From an uncultured Gammaproteobacteria bacterium (lineage in GTDB: Bacteria > Patescibacteriota > Patescibacteriia > PEXW01), in NCBI GenBank assembly GCA_964486505.1, contig CAZAMC010000002.1, forward strand, positions 1,656-65,655: a stretch of 64,000 nt of DNA, written 5' to 3'. This document shows, one piece after another, positions 36,304 through 45,843 of the stretch; the stretch's first letter is position 1, and each line of letters opens with the position of its first letter. Made by a program: the position numbers and the translations under genes. Below the pieces are notes generated by a model. It ran no database searches. It worked only from the letters and a program-made list of their open reading frames with translations, and was not told the DNA's origin.

Positions 36304-37395
36304 CTACACACCCACCCGGAAGTGGGCGACGTCGCCGTCCTGCATCACGTACTCCTTGCCCTCCACCCGCAGCAAACCCTTCTCTTTGCAGCCTTGCTCC
36401 CCGTAGGCCACCAGGTCTTTCCAATCCATGACTTCCGCGCGAATGAAGGCCTTCTCGAAGTCCGTGTGGATAACCCCGGCAGCTTGCGGCGCGGCCGTAC
36501 CCTGCGCAATGGTCCAGGCTTTGGATTCCATAGGCCCCGACGTGAAGAACGTCATGAGCCCGAGCGTGAAGAAGGCTTGGCGGATGAGGCGGTTGAGGCC
36601 GGGTTCTTTGAGCTCGAGGTCCCGCAAGTAGGCTGCCGCGTCTTCCGGTGAAAGTTCGGCCAGCTCGGCCTCAATTTTTGCCGAGACTACCACGATGTCG
36701 CTGGCTTTTTGGTGCAACCGGTTAGCGAGTTCGGCCTGGATTGTTGCTGCACGAGCGAGTTCGGCCTCATCCACGTTTGCCACGTAGAGCACCGGTTTGG
36801 CGGTCAGGAGGTTGAGCGGTTTGGCGACTGCTTGCTGGTCAGCATCGGTCAAGATAAGCCGGGCGGCCCGCCCGGCACCCAAACCCGTCACCAGGGCTTG
36901 GAGCGTGGGGAGCTCGGCGAGGGCCAGTTTGTCCCCCGACTTCGCTTTGCCTTCTATTGCCTCGACCCGCTTCTTCACCACGTCGAGGTCAGCGAGGGCT
37001 AATTCGGTTTCGATAGTGCTCACGTCATCAACGGGGTTTACGCGGTTATCCACGTGAATGACATCGGGATCGGTAAAGGCCCGGACAACATGTGCAATCG
37101 CCGCGACGTCGCGGATGTTCGCCAAGAACTTGTTGCCCAAACCCTCGCCCTTGTGTGCATCCCGCACCAAACCGGCGATATCGACGAATTCTACTATTGC
37201 GGGAACAACCTTTTCCGACTGGCTCACCTTGGCCAGTTGTGGTAAGCGATCGTCAGGGACTTCCACGACGCCAATATTCGGATCAATCGTTGTGAATGGA
37301 TAGTTTTCCGCAGGCACCTGCTTCTTGGTGAGGGCCCGGAAGAGCGTGGACTTCCCCACATTTGGCAAACCAACTATTCCAATGCGAAGTGACAT
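36304..37395 (-). CDS. ychF: ribosome-binding ATPase YchF (Obg-like GTPase family)
   Basis: MSLRIGIVGLPNVGKSTLF, C-terminal TGS domain ending HFRVGV. Confidence 0.9.
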   Translation of the reverse strand: MSLRIGIVGLPNVGKSTLFRALTKKQVPAENYPFTTIDPNIGVVEVPDDRLPQLAKVSQSEKVVPAIVEFVDIAGLVRDAHKGEGLGNKFLANIRDVAAIAHVVRAFTDPDVIHVDNRVNPVDDVSTIETELALADLDVVKKRVEAIEGKAKSGDKLALAELPTLQALVTGLGAGRAARLILTDADQQAVAKPLNLLTAKPVLYVANVDEAELARAATIQAELANRLHQKASDIVVVSAKIEAELAELSPEDAAAYLRDLELKEPGLNRLIRQAFFTLGLMTFFTSGPMESKAWTIAQGTAAPQAAGVIHTDFEKAFIRAEVMDWKDLVAYGEQGCKEKGLLRVEGKEYVMQDGDVAHFRVGV

Positions 37396-37452
37396 ATGTG
37401 TGGGATACTAGCAGCCATGCGCGAACCCCGCTAGATAGGGTATACTGTAGGT

Positions 37453-38133
37453 ATGTTTGAGAGTAATCCGTCGCCAACGCCGACGAGCGGTGCTCCGTTG
37501 CCTCCTTGGCAATCGGGTGCGCGGTCACGTCCTGTGCCACCCCGACCGGCAGCGCCGATCCCCCAGACACCACCGCCCGCGCCCGCCTTTCGGGCTGAAC
37601 CTCCGCCCGCCCCGGCACCCGTCGAACCAAAGCAGTGGGGGCCGTTGAAGCCCATTCGGCCCGTGCCCAAGCCCAGCGAGGAGAAGATGGCGTACGTTTT
37701 GGCGCAGGCCGAGCACGTTGTGGATACGGAGAGCGAAGGCCGTCAGAAGCGCTGGGTGATTATTGGCTCGGTCGCCGGCATCCTGGTGGTTGTTGGCGGT
37801 ACACTGGCCTTCATCTTTTTCGGGCGGAACGAAGGCCCCACGCTTCCGGCGAATCAAGCGGTTATTCTCGTGAATACGAATAAGTCAAAGAACGCAAACG
37901 TTACGGCGAATGCGGTTTTCCCCGAACCGAATGTCAACAGCACTAGCAACACCAACCAGCCGGCGAACACCAACGCTGCCCCAGCACCGGATACGGATGG
38001 TGACGGTTTGAGTGACGCGGACGAAGCTCGGTACGGAACCTCAACGACCAAACCCGACACCGACGGGGATGGGTTTACCGATGGTGAGGAAGTGAAGAAC
38101 GGGTACAACCCCCTCGGGCAAGGGAAGCTTTAG
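37453..38133 (+). CDS. membrane-anchored protein with Pro-rich N-terminus and DxDGDG (thrombospondin type 3-like calcium-binding) repeats
   Basis: TM VIIGSVAGILVVVGGTLAFIFF; DTDGDGLSDADE and DTDGDGFTDGEE repeats. Confidence 0.55.
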   Translation: MFESNPSPTPTSGAPLPPWQSGARSRPVPPRPAAPIPQTPPPAPAFRAEPPPAPAPVEPKQWGPLKPIRPVPKPSEEKMAYVLAQAEHVVDTESEGRQKRWVIIGSVAGILVVVGGTLAFIFFGRNEGPTLPANQAVILVNTNKSKNANVTANAVFPEPNVNSTSNTNQPANTNAAPAPDTDGDGLSDADEARYGTSTTKPDTDGDGFTDGEEVKNGYNPLGQGKL

Positions 38134-38675
38134 TCGTTGCGCAGCTGCCGACGTAAGTCGCGGAGCGCTTGTTTACCCGACGTAAAGGCAATGCGTGTGG
38201 GGAGTTTTTTCAGGGGTAGCCAGGCGAAGGCAGCAACGTCGTCGCAGGGTTTGAGCGTGCCTGACCAGCGGGTAGCCGTGTAGTAGATGTTCAGCGTTGA
38301 CTGGAGCGGCTTGCTCGCGTACGTATCCATGTATATCCCCAGAAGTTTTGGTTGCCGGACATGAATGCCGAGCTCTTCACGCATCTCGCGCTGCAAACCG
38401 CGAACCGGATCTTCGTGGACATCCAGGAAGCCGCCAGGCACGTCCCAGCCGCCCTTGTACGGCGCAATGGCCCGTCGGGTGAGTAGGACGCTGCCGTTGC
38501 GCACGAGGAGCACCGAGGCGGTGGGCTTGGAGTTCATCCAGAAGGTATAGCGGCAAGCTAAGCACCCAAGCTCGGGTTTTCCGTGAATACGGCGCATGCG
38601 TAGCCGTGCGCCGCAGTGCGGGCAGAAATGGAAGTAAGACTGAATGGTGTTCCGGACGTTAGGCATGGGTTGCAA
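38130..38675 (-). CDS. NUDIX hydrolase with N-terminal zinc ribbon (NudC-like)
   Basis: CPHCGARL...CLACRYTF zinc ribbon; NUDIX box GGWDVPGGFLDVHEDPVRGLQREMREELG. Confidence 0.75.
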   Translation of the reverse strand: MQPMPNVRNTIQSYFHFCPHCGARLRMRRIHGKPELGCLACRYTFWMNSKPTASVLLVRNGSVLLTRRAIAPYKGGWDVPGGFLDVHEDPVRGLQREMREELGIHVRQPKLLGIYMDTYASKPLQSTLNIYYTATRWSGTLKPCDDVAAFAWLPLKKLPTRIAFTSGKQALRDLRRQLRND

Positions 38676-39486
38676 GGGTGACGGTTCGCTCCAGGAGCAT
38701 CGCTACAGTGACCGGGCCAACACCACCAGGCACGGGCGTTAGCCAGCCCGAATGCTCGGTCATGCGCTCGGCATCCACATCGCCCACGTCTTTGCTGTCC
38801 ACGCGCGTGTAGCCCACATCAATAATCGTTGCGCCCGTTTGCACGTCATCAGCTTTTAGGAAGTGTGGTTGGCCAATGGCAATGACTACCACATCGGCAG
38901 CTCGGGTGAGTTCTGGACTATTGTAAAACGGCGGGTAGGCAATTTGCGCGTCCAGGCCGCGTCGCGTGAGGAGGAGGGCCATGGGTTCGCCAAAGGTGAT
39001 GGAGTTTGCTAGCACGACCCCGCGTTTGCCGGCGTAACTTTGGCCAGTGCTGGTGATGAGCCGCCAAATGCCTTCGCACAGCACCGGCGGAAGGGCAGCT
39101 GGATCCGTCCGGAATTTTTCCAGGGACGCCTTCAGAAAGCCATCCGCGTCTTTTGCTGGGGCGATGGTGTTTACCACGCGGTCGGCATTGATCTGGGCGG
39201 GGAGGGGGAGCTGCACAATGATGCCGTGGATACTGGTGTCTGCATTGAGTTCGGCGATGCACGTTAGCACGGTCGCTTCGCTTGCGCTCGCGGGGAAGTC
39301 TTGCCGCACGAAGTGCAAGCCAATATCCCGCGCCGCTTTTTCCTTGAGCCGAACGTACGTATGTGAAGCCGGATCATCGCCTACTAAGACAATGGCGAGC
39401 CCCGGCTTTGTGGGTAGCGTTGCAACGCGAGCGGCAAGATCGGTGCGAATCTGGGCAGCGAGTTGGCGTCCGTCAATGCGGTTCAT
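38659..39486 (-). CDS. folD: bifunctional methylenetetrahydrofolate dehydrogenase/cyclohydrolase
   Basis: LAIVLVGDDPASHTYVRLKEKAA, IHGIIVQLPLP, VVVIAIGQPHF, PVPGGVGPVTVAMLL; start at MNRIDG overlapping the folC stop by 4 nt. Confidence 0.85.
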   Translation of the reverse strand: MNRIDGRQLAAQIRTDLAARVATLPTKPGLAIVLVGDDPASHTYVRLKEKAARDIGLHFVRQDFPASASEATVLTCIAELNADTSIHGIIVQLPLPAQINADRVVNTIAPAKDADGFLKASLEKFRTDPAALPPVLCEGIWRLITSTGQSYAGKRGVVLANSITFGEPMALLLTRRGLDAQIAYPPFYNSPELTRAADVVVIAIGQPHFLKADDVQTGATIIDVGYTRVDSKDVGDVDAERMTEHSGWLTPVPGGVGPVTVAMLLERTVTLATHA

Positions 39487-40748
39487 GGGAAGAGCGTTCG
39501 GTGAGTGAGGATAGCGCGTTCGGGTACCCAGTGCTGGCGGAGTTCGCCCGCCAGGTAGAACGAACCGGTGATGAGCAGGAGGTCGCCCGGACGTTGGGTG
39601 CGGAGGGCGTGCAGGAGGGCGTGCAGTGCGTTCGGCTGGACGGTAAGGCGCGCTGTGGGCAGGAGCGAGCGTAGGGCAGACGCAATGTGCTTTGGCTGCA
39701 TGGGCAGGGGGTACGCGACGCTGGCCTGGGTTAGCGTCCACTGGTTTGCGAGCGTGAGGAGCGGGCGAAGGCTTCTGATTACATCTTTCTTCCCGCCAAT
39801 GCCAAAGAGGACGTGTACGCGCTTGTAGTCTAGCATGCGCACCGTACGCGCGAGTGCCTTGAGCTTATCGGGGTTGTGGCTGCCATCCAGGATGACGTGG
39901 GGGGCAATCTGCTCAATGCGGGCGGCGAGTTTCGTGCGGTCTACGCCCCGGGTGATGCTTGGAGCTGAAAGGTTGAGCGCGTGGCCAATGGCCAGCGCCA
40001 ACGCGCTATTGCGTTCGTGGTGTGTCGCCTGCGTCGGAGTGCGTACAACGGTGAGGGGCATGTGCGCCAGCCGGGCGCGACGCTGGAGTATGGCGCGGAG
40101 ATGAATATGCGTTTCGGTGGTCAGGCCTTGGCTGCCGCGCTTGAAGATGCCCGCTTTGGTCCAGGCAATTTTCGCTTTGGTGCGGCCCAGCAAGTGTTGG
40201 TGGTCAAGGCCAATGTTGGTGATGGCAGCGATGCGGGGTGCCGCAATGATGTTGGTCGGGTCATACTCGCCACCGCAGCCAACTTCCAAGACCACCCAGT
40301 CCAGCCGGTGCTTCGCAAAGATGAGCATTGCCATGGCGAGCAGAGTCTCGAAATGTGAGGGGACGTACTTCCGCTCCTGGGTGAGGCAGTGGTCTACGTA
40401 CGGTTTTACCCGCTTGAATGCCCAGAGAAAGTCTGCCACAGATGCGAGTTTGCCGTTGAGGGCAATGCGTTCCAACGTCGTGGTCACGTGCGGTGAAGTA
40501 AACAAACCCACATGCTTTCCTGAGGCACGGAGCATTTCGTAGACCATTGTGGAAACCGTGCCTTTCCCCGAGGTGCCGGTGATGTGCACGTATTGGAATT
40601 TCCGTTCGGGATTACCAAGGTGCGCCAGCAGGCGGCGCGTGCGCTCCAGGGAAAGCTGGGGTTGCTGGTGACGGGGCGCAAACACCTGCTGGGGCAGGGC
40701 TTCTAAATACTTTTGGCTGCGTTTGTAAGCCGCGTACTGCATGGGCAT
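39483..40748 (-). CDS. folC: folylpolyglutamate synthase/dihydrofolate synthase (Mur ligase family)
   Basis: HITGTSGKGTV P-loop near the N-terminus, LEVGCGGEYDPTN, 421 aa. Confidence 0.8.
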   Translation of the reverse strand: MPMQYAAYKRSQKYLEALPQQVFAPRHQQPQLSLERTRRLLAHLGNPERKFQYVHITGTSGKGTVSTMVYEMLRASGKHVGLFTSPHVTTTLERIALNGKLASVADFLWAFKRVKPYVDHCLTQERKYVPSHFETLLAMAMLIFAKHRLDWVVLEVGCGGEYDPTNIIAAPRIAAITNIGLDHQHLLGRTKAKIAWTKAGIFKRGSQGLTTETHIHLRAILQRRARLAHMPLTVVRTPTQATHHERNSALALAIGHALNLSAPSITRGVDRTKLAARIEQIAPHVILDGSHNPDKLKALARTVRMLDYKRVHVLFGIGGKKDVIRSLRPLLTLANQWTLTQASVAYPLPMQPKHIASALRSLLPTARLTVQPNALHALLHALRTQRPGDLLLITGSFYLAGELRQHWVPERAILTHRTLFP

Positions 40749-40775
40749 ATGCTAGCATTCCTCACTAGCAAGTGT

Positions 40776-40810
40776 AAGGAAATAGAAACGCGAGTGGTTA
40801 TCCACTCGCG
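40776..40810 (-). terminator. intrinsic terminator AACGCGAGTGG-ttat-CCACTCGCGTT followed by T-rich tract after the 138-aa gene
   Basis: 11-bp stem seen directly. Confidence 0.55.
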
Positions 40811-40830
40811 TTGTTGCGATAAGCACACCG

Positions 40831-41247
40831 TTACCTGCGCATTGTTTTTTGCCGAATCTTCGCTCGGCGCACAACTTGAGCAGAGAGCACGTCGTCCCTA
40901 TCGATGATGTAGTCCAGCGCATCGCTGTCCACCTCCATCTCGAGCAGCAGACGTGCTGCTTTTTCCGCGAAGTGCGGGTTCCTGCAGTGCTCAAGTATGC
41001 AGGTCAGATCAGCTTCATCGGGTTCTTGTCCGAGGAGGATGACGACCGCATTGATACGTAACTGCGGTACATCCTCAATGATCTTTCGCAAGTTTGTGTT
41101 AAGCATCGGCCGAGCGCCCAGGTGTGACCATGCAAGAGAGATGAGTTTCGTTGCCTGGTCGATGATTTCGATGAGCCTGTCTTCCGCGGTGGTGGTTTGC
41201 GCTTCGTGCTTTACTGCTTTGAACATTTGCACTATTGAATTTTCCAT
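40831..41247 (-). CDS. hypothetical all-helical cytoplasmic protein (138 aa)
   Basis: Own promoter, AGGAGGTG SD, own terminator; lower GC; no family recognised. Confidence 0.45.
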   Translation of the reverse strand: MENSIVQMFKAVKHEAQTTTAEDRLIEIIDQATKLISLAWSHLGARPMLNTNLRKIIEDVPQLRINAVVILLGQEPDEADLTCILEHCRNPHFAEKAARLLLEMEVDSDALDYIIDRDDVLSAQVVRRAKIRQKTMRR

Positions 41248-41302
41248 GGCACCTCCTACTGTTTCATTTTGTTCCTTACTTCAGGTTTATTCCGAATTCG
41301 AC

Positions 41303-41331
41303 ATCCTACAAAAGCGATGAGCAGATGTCAA
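41303..41331 (-). promoter_or_regulatory. promoter TTGACA-N17-TAGGAT for the 138-aa gene
   Basis: Seen directly in an AT-rich spacer. Confidence 0.55.
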
Positions 41332-41369
41332 GGCAAAAAATCCGCCCGGTTCACGAGGAACGCGGGCGG
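41332..41369 (-). terminator. hairpin CCGCCCG-N14-CGGGCGG plus T-run overlapping the NlpC/P60 stop codon
   Basis: Seen directly. Confidence 0.45.
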
Positions 41370-42007
41370 TGGTGGGTCTGCAGGTGCTTGCGCATGAGCG
41401 CTTCCAGCTCTGCTGGTGTATGAATCCAGAGCAGATGAGTGGGGAGCTGTGCAACAAAGCATTCCTGTGCGTTTGGCAGCAGACGCTTCGCCACGGAGAT
41501 TGGCCACTGGAGATTGGCAATGGGTATTTCTATTACCCGCTTTGTTTCCAAGTTATCCGTGTGGATGCACGAGTACTCGTTGGTAACCATTGCCACGTGG
41601 CCAATACGCTCTGGGTACCGGGGGTGTCTCCAGGCGCTCTTGCCAGTGGTAAAGAGCAGGTCACCGGGTTGGTACGGTGGCTCAACCATGTCGCCATGAT
41701 CCACCATGAGGTGGGTGTAGCGCGGGAGCCACAGACCAGCGTGCGCGTACACGTACTGCACAAACGTGGAGCAGTCAAACGTCCGGGGGCGGGCCGTGCG
41801 GAGGGCGTCTCGACGGTAACGCATGCCAACACACTGACGCGACACGCGGACAAGGTCATACGGATGGCAGCGTATGCTGAGTTTTTCGAACTCGCGGAGG
41901 AGTTCATGCGTGCGCATGGGCGGGCTCCCAAGGTGCTCACCCAGCGCAATGATGTCGAGGGCGATGTACCCGAAGGTCGGGTGCACATCGCGGCGGGTGT
42001 GTGCCAT
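41351..42007 (-). CDS. NlpC/P60 (C40) family cysteine peptidase without recognisable signal peptide
   Basis: FDCSTFVQYVY (catalytic Cys), PGDLLFT..RIGHVAMV (His), CIHTD; about 50-aa N-terminal and 45-aa C-terminal extensions; GGAGGTG 4 nt before ATG. Confidence 0.7.
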   Translation of the reverse strand: MAHTRRDVHPTFGYIALDIIALGEHLGSPPMRTHELLREFEKLSIRCHPYDLVRVSRQCVGMRYRRDALRTARPRTFDCSTFVQYVYAHAGLWLPRYTHLMVDHGDMVEPPYQPGDLLFTTGKSAWRHPRYPERIGHVAMVTNEYSCIHTDNLETKRVIEIPIANLQWPISVAKRLLPNAQECFVAQLPTHLLWIHTPAELEALMRKHLQTHHRPRSS

Positions 42008-42118
42008 GGGGCACCTCCGTTGGTAAAAGGTTCATTTTCTTTGCCCGCACTGTAGCGGGATACCAAGAGAAAAGCAAATCAAAAACTCATCCACTCTCGA
42101 GGGCGAGGAGGGAGCTCA

Positions 42119-42673
42119 TTACCCGAGCAAAGCCTTCCACCCCTTGGTCCGCACGACGAAGGCAGCTTTCGCAACGAGGAAGGCGAGCACAGGATCGCCA
42201 ATCTTATTCGTGAGCGCCAGCTGCTCGGCTTTCGCTAGCGACATGGGCACAGCCCGGATGTCTTCGCCAGGATCGCCAGGGAGTTTGGACGGCGTTAGGC
42301 CGGAGGCGACAAAGGCGTACAGTGGCCAGTTTTTGTGCATGGGCGAACGGTAGAAGAGCTTTAATTTTTTGGCTTTAAAGCCTGCCTCTTCTTGCAGTTC
42401 TTTCTGCGCTGCTTGTTTGGGCGTGTGGCCACCTTCGACTTTACCAACGACCAAGTGCCAGATCTTCCGCTGGGCGAGCTCTTTGTATTCCTTCGTTACA
42501 ATGAGCCGGCACTTGCTATCGAATGGCAAGACCACGGCCGTGGGTACGCGGTGCAGGTACTCAAAGGTCTTCTTCCGGCCGTCCGGGAGCGTCGCTGTGC
42601 TGTGGCTGATATTGTAGATGATGCCCTTGAAAACAAAATGGTGTTTTCCCAGGGTGGTGTGACGTTTTTGCAT
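42119..42673 (-). CDS. NUDIX hydrolase (ADP-ribose pyrophosphatase-like)
   Basis: NUDIX box GKVEGGHTPKQAAQKELQEEAGF. Confidence 0.75.
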   Translation of the reverse strand: MQKRHTTLGKHHFVFKGIIYNISHSTATLPDGRKKTFEYLHRVPTAVVLPFDSKCRLIVTKEYKELAQRKIWHLVVGKVEGGHTPKQAAQKELQEEAGFKAKKLKLFYRSPMHKNWPLYAFVASGLTPSKLPGDPGEDIRAVPMSLAKAEQLALTNKIGDPVLAFLVAKAAFVVRTKGWKALLG

Positions 42674-42704
42674 ATGTAAGCCCGCGCGGGCACGGAGACC
42701 CGCG

Positions 42705-43991
42705 CTAGGTTGTTGAGTACAACGGATGCGATTCGGTTAAGCTCTCCACGGCAGTTCGTGCAACGTTTAGGACGGTCTCGTTATCTGGGCTCTTCAGTAC
42801 CGCGGCAATGGTCTTTCCAACCGCCACCATGTCGTGTTCCGTAAAGCCGCGCGTCGTCAGGGCCGGCGTGCCCAGGCGGATGCCAGACGGGTCCATGGGT
42901 TTGCGCGTGTCGTAGGGAACCAAGTTTTTGTTCACGGTAATCCCCACGCTATCCAACAATTCCTCAGCTTGTTTGCCGGATAGGCCGAGCGGGGACACGT
43001 CCATAAGAAGTAAGTGGTTGTCCGTGCCGCCAGTGATGAGCGTAATGCCCTCGGCCACAAATGTCTCGGCCAGTTTTTTCGCGTTCACCACAATCTGCTT
43101 GCCGTAGGTTTTGAATTCGGGCATGGCTGCTTCTTTGAGCGCCACCGCAATACCCGCAGTCTGGTGGTTGTGCGGCCCGCCCTGCAACCCCGGCATGATT
43201 GCCGCATCGATGAGCCCCGCCAGGTCGCGTTTGGTCTTGGGGTGGTACTGGTCGTGGTAGCGGTCTTCCACTTTTGGCAGCAGGATCATGGCGCCACGTG
43301 GGCCGCGCAGCGTCTTGTGCGTCGTGGTCATAATCACGTCCGCGTACGGGACAGGGGAGGGGTGTTCGCCGGCGATAATCAAGCCGCTGATGTGCGAAAT
43401 GTCTGCCATGAGGTACGCACCTACCTCATCGGCTATTTCTCGGAACTTTTTGAAATCAATGACGCGCGGGTAGGCCGTTGCTCCGCAGATAATCATTTTC
43501 GGCTTCACGGCTTTGGCTTTTTCCCGAATGGCGTCGTAATTCAGCAAGTGCGTCTTTTCATCTACGCCGTAGTTTTCCGCGTGGAAGAACTTGCCGGAGA
43601 AGTTGAACTTGTAGCCATGCGTCAAGTGGCCGCCTTGGGCCAGGTCCATGCCCAGCACCGTGTCACCGGGCTCTAGCAAGGCAAAGTAGATCGCGAGGTT
43701 TGCGGGCGAGCCGGAGTACGGCTGGACGTTGGCGTGGGCCACGCCGAAGAGTTGCTTGGCGCGGTCGCGTGCCAAGTTCTCTACTTCATCAATGAACTTG
43801 TTCCCGCCGTAGTAGCGGGCGCCCGGGTAGCCCTCGCTGTACTTGTTCGTCAGAATCGAGCCCATCGCCTCCATCACTGCCCGACTGGTGAAGTTTTCGG
43901 ACGGAATCATTTCCAAACCGTCTTGCTGGCGGGCCAGCTCGGCGTTTATGAGCTTGCTAATTTCCGGGTCTTCGGTTTGGAGTATAGACAT
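42705..43991 (-). CDS. glyA: serine hydroxymethyltransferase
   Basis: LEMIPSENFTSRAVMEA, TTTHKTLRGPRG (PLP lysine region), collinear with SHMT; start at MSILQ. Confidence 0.9.
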   Translation of the reverse strand: MSILQTEDPEISKLINAELARQQDGLEMIPSENFTSRAVMEAMGSILTNKYSEGYPGARYYGGNKFIDEVENLARDRAKQLFGVAHANVQPYSGSPANLAIYFALLEPGDTVLGMDLAQGGHLTHGYKFNFSGKFFHAENYGVDEKTHLLNYDAIREKAKAVKPKMIICGATAYPRVIDFKKFREIADEVGAYLMADISHISGLIIAGEHPSPVPYADVIMTTTHKTLRGPRGAMILLPKVEDRYHDQYHPKTKRDLAGLIDAAIMPGLQGGPHNHQTAGIAVALKEAAMPEFKTYGKQIVVNAKKLAETFVAEGITLITGGTDNHLLLMDVSPLGLSGKQAEELLDSVGITVNKNLVPYDTRKPMDPSGIRLGTPALTTRGFTEHDMVAVGKTIAAVLKSPDNETVLNVARTAVESLTESHPLYSTT

Positions 43992-44041
43992 GAAGGGAGT
44001 GTAACCACTTTTCCTGGCCTTGTCATTCTTGCACGAGTCTT

Positions 44042-45838
44042 CTAGCTGCACTGTGCTGCGAGGTCGGCCATGATGGCATCGGCCCGCTTTTTGGCGTCCT
44101 GCTTTGCCGTGGCCAGGGCTTCAGTAGCTTCCCCTTCGCCAATGTCCTGGTGAACCTGAACGTAAATTTTTAGTTTTGGTTCCGTGCCCGACGGCCGCAC
44201 GGTGGCCCGAGTGCGGCCGTCCTGGGAGAGTTCGTACACGAGCACATCGCCTTTCGTGCCCTCCACCACTTGTCGGTTGGTGGGGAGTTTCGGGTTGTAC
44301 GCTTCGTCGGTGAGCCGATCCACGACCCGAAGCACCGGCAGCCCGGCCACGGTGGTGGGCGGGGATTGGCGTAGTCCGGCCATGATGCTGGTCATCTTCT
44401 GACCGCCCTCCGCACCTGGGTAGAGGATATTTTGGAGCTGTTCCCAGAACACACCGTACTTTTGGTAGAGGCTGTCTAGGTAGTCTGGAACAGTGCGACC
44501 TTGCGCTTTGAGTGTGGACGCGAGTTCGGCCATGAGGAGAGCGGCTATGGCCGCGTCTTTATCTCGCGTATAGGCGCCTTTGAGGATGCCGTGGCTTTCT
44601 TCGCCACCGAAGAGGAATTCTTCTCGCCCTTCGTTTTGGCGGATGAGTTCGGCCACGAACTTGAAGCCAATGAGTATGTTGTCGTAAATTTTTACGCCGT
44701 AGTCTTTGGCCAGGGCCCCCAGACCATCGGTCGTGACAATGGTTTTCACCAGGAAGTGATTGGGCTTAAGTCTCCCTTGGGATTTGCACTGCTCCAGGAC
44801 GAACGCCCCAAGGACGAAGGCGATTTGGTTGCCATTAAGGAAGTCATACGTGCCCCCGCGGGTGCGGGCCACGGTGCCCAAGCGGTCAGCATCGGGGTCG
44901 GTTGTAATCCCGATGTCCGCATTCAGTCGCTGTGCGAGTTCGGTTACACGTTCACTGGCAGATTGCACCTCGGGGTTTGGGATGTTGTTGGGCACGTTGG
45001 GGAAACGCCCATCCGGGGTGGCTTGCTCGTCTACGACAGTCGGGGTAAACCCGGCGCGCTGCAAAATCGGCAGGACGCTTTGCATGCCGGTACCGTGGAG
45101 GGGAGAGTAGGCGAGTGTGGCTGTTCGTGCTGAAGACACTGACTCACCCAACACGGCCTGGCGGTATGCCTCGTCTACGTCTGCGCCAATGACTTGGATT
45201 TTCCCCTCACGCTGGGCCCGAGCGAAGTCCATGGTAGCAATAGTCTGCACCTGCGAGACAGCATCCATAATCCCCTGGTCGTGTGGGGGAACAATTTGGC
45301 CGCCATCTGTCCAGTACACTTTAAAGCCGTTGTCCGTCGGTGGGTTGTGACTAGCGCTCACGACAACCCCCGCAGTCGCATGGAGGTGGCGGACAGCAAA
45401 GGAGAGCTCTGGGGTGGGTCGGCAGCCTTCAAAGAGGTGCACGGTGAAGCCATTTGCGGCAAAGATGCTCGCAACAAGTTTTGAAAATTCGTCCGAGGTC
45501 AGGCGGGTGTCATAGGCGACGACAATGTTCTTTCTGTGGGCGTCACTGTTCTGCGTAAGGTAATCCACCAAGCCCTGGGCGGATTCACCCATGGTAATGG
45601 CATTAATGCGGTTTGAACCAATGCCAACCGTACCTCGCCGGCCACCCGTTCCAAAAGGGACAATCGTAAAGAAGTTGTCGTCCAGCGCTTTCCAGTCTTG
45701 GGATGCAATCATGCCCTCCAAGTCGCGCCGTAGCGGGGCGTACTTTGGTTCGGATAACCAGATGAGGATGTTATCCAGAGCGGCTTTGGAAAGCTTGCCG
45801 TCGGCGTTCGCTTGGCGGAGGCTTGATGCGTAGTCCAT
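44042..45838 (-). CDS. phosphoglucomutase/phosphomannomutase family (alpha-D-phosphohexomutase), long form
   Basis: VVSASHNPPTDNGFKVY active-site loop, 598 aa; second phosphohexomutase in the window. Confidence 0.85.
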   Translation of the reverse strand: MDYASSLRQANADGKLSKAALDNILIWLSEPKYAPLRRDLEGMIASQDWKALDDNFFTIVPFGTGGRRGTVGIGSNRINAITMGESAQGLVDYLTQNSDAHRKNIVVAYDTRLTSDEFSKLVASIFAANGFTVHLFEGCRPTPELSFAVRHLHATAGVVVSASHNPPTDNGFKVYWTDGGQIVPPHDQGIMDAVSQVQTIATMDFARAQREGKIQVIGADVDEAYRQAVLGESVSSARTATLAYSPLHGTGMQSVLPILQRAGFTPTVVDEQATPDGRFPNVPNNIPNPEVQSASERVTELAQRLNADIGITTDPDADRLGTVARTRGGTYDFLNGNQIAFVLGAFVLEQCKSQGRLKPNHFLVKTIVTTDGLGALAKDYGVKIYDNILIGFKFVAELIRQNEGREEFLFGGEESHGILKGAYTRDKDAAIAALLMAELASTLKAQGRTVPDYLDSLYQKYGVFWEQLQNILYPGAEGGQKMTSIMAGLRQSPPTTVAGLPVLRVVDRLTDEAYNPKLPTNRQVVEGTKGDVLVYELSQDGRTRATVRPSGTEPKLKIYVQVHQDIGEGEATEALATAKQDAKKRADAIMADLAAQCS

Positions 45839-45843
45839 ACGGA

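Noticed and set aside
35964-36311. 115-aa ORF (and 36017..36202, 36180..36431) in the capA-like/ychF spacer
   Set aside because: The translations are Arg/Pro/Ser-rich with no start context and overlap dense hairpins. The region is better explained as non-coding.
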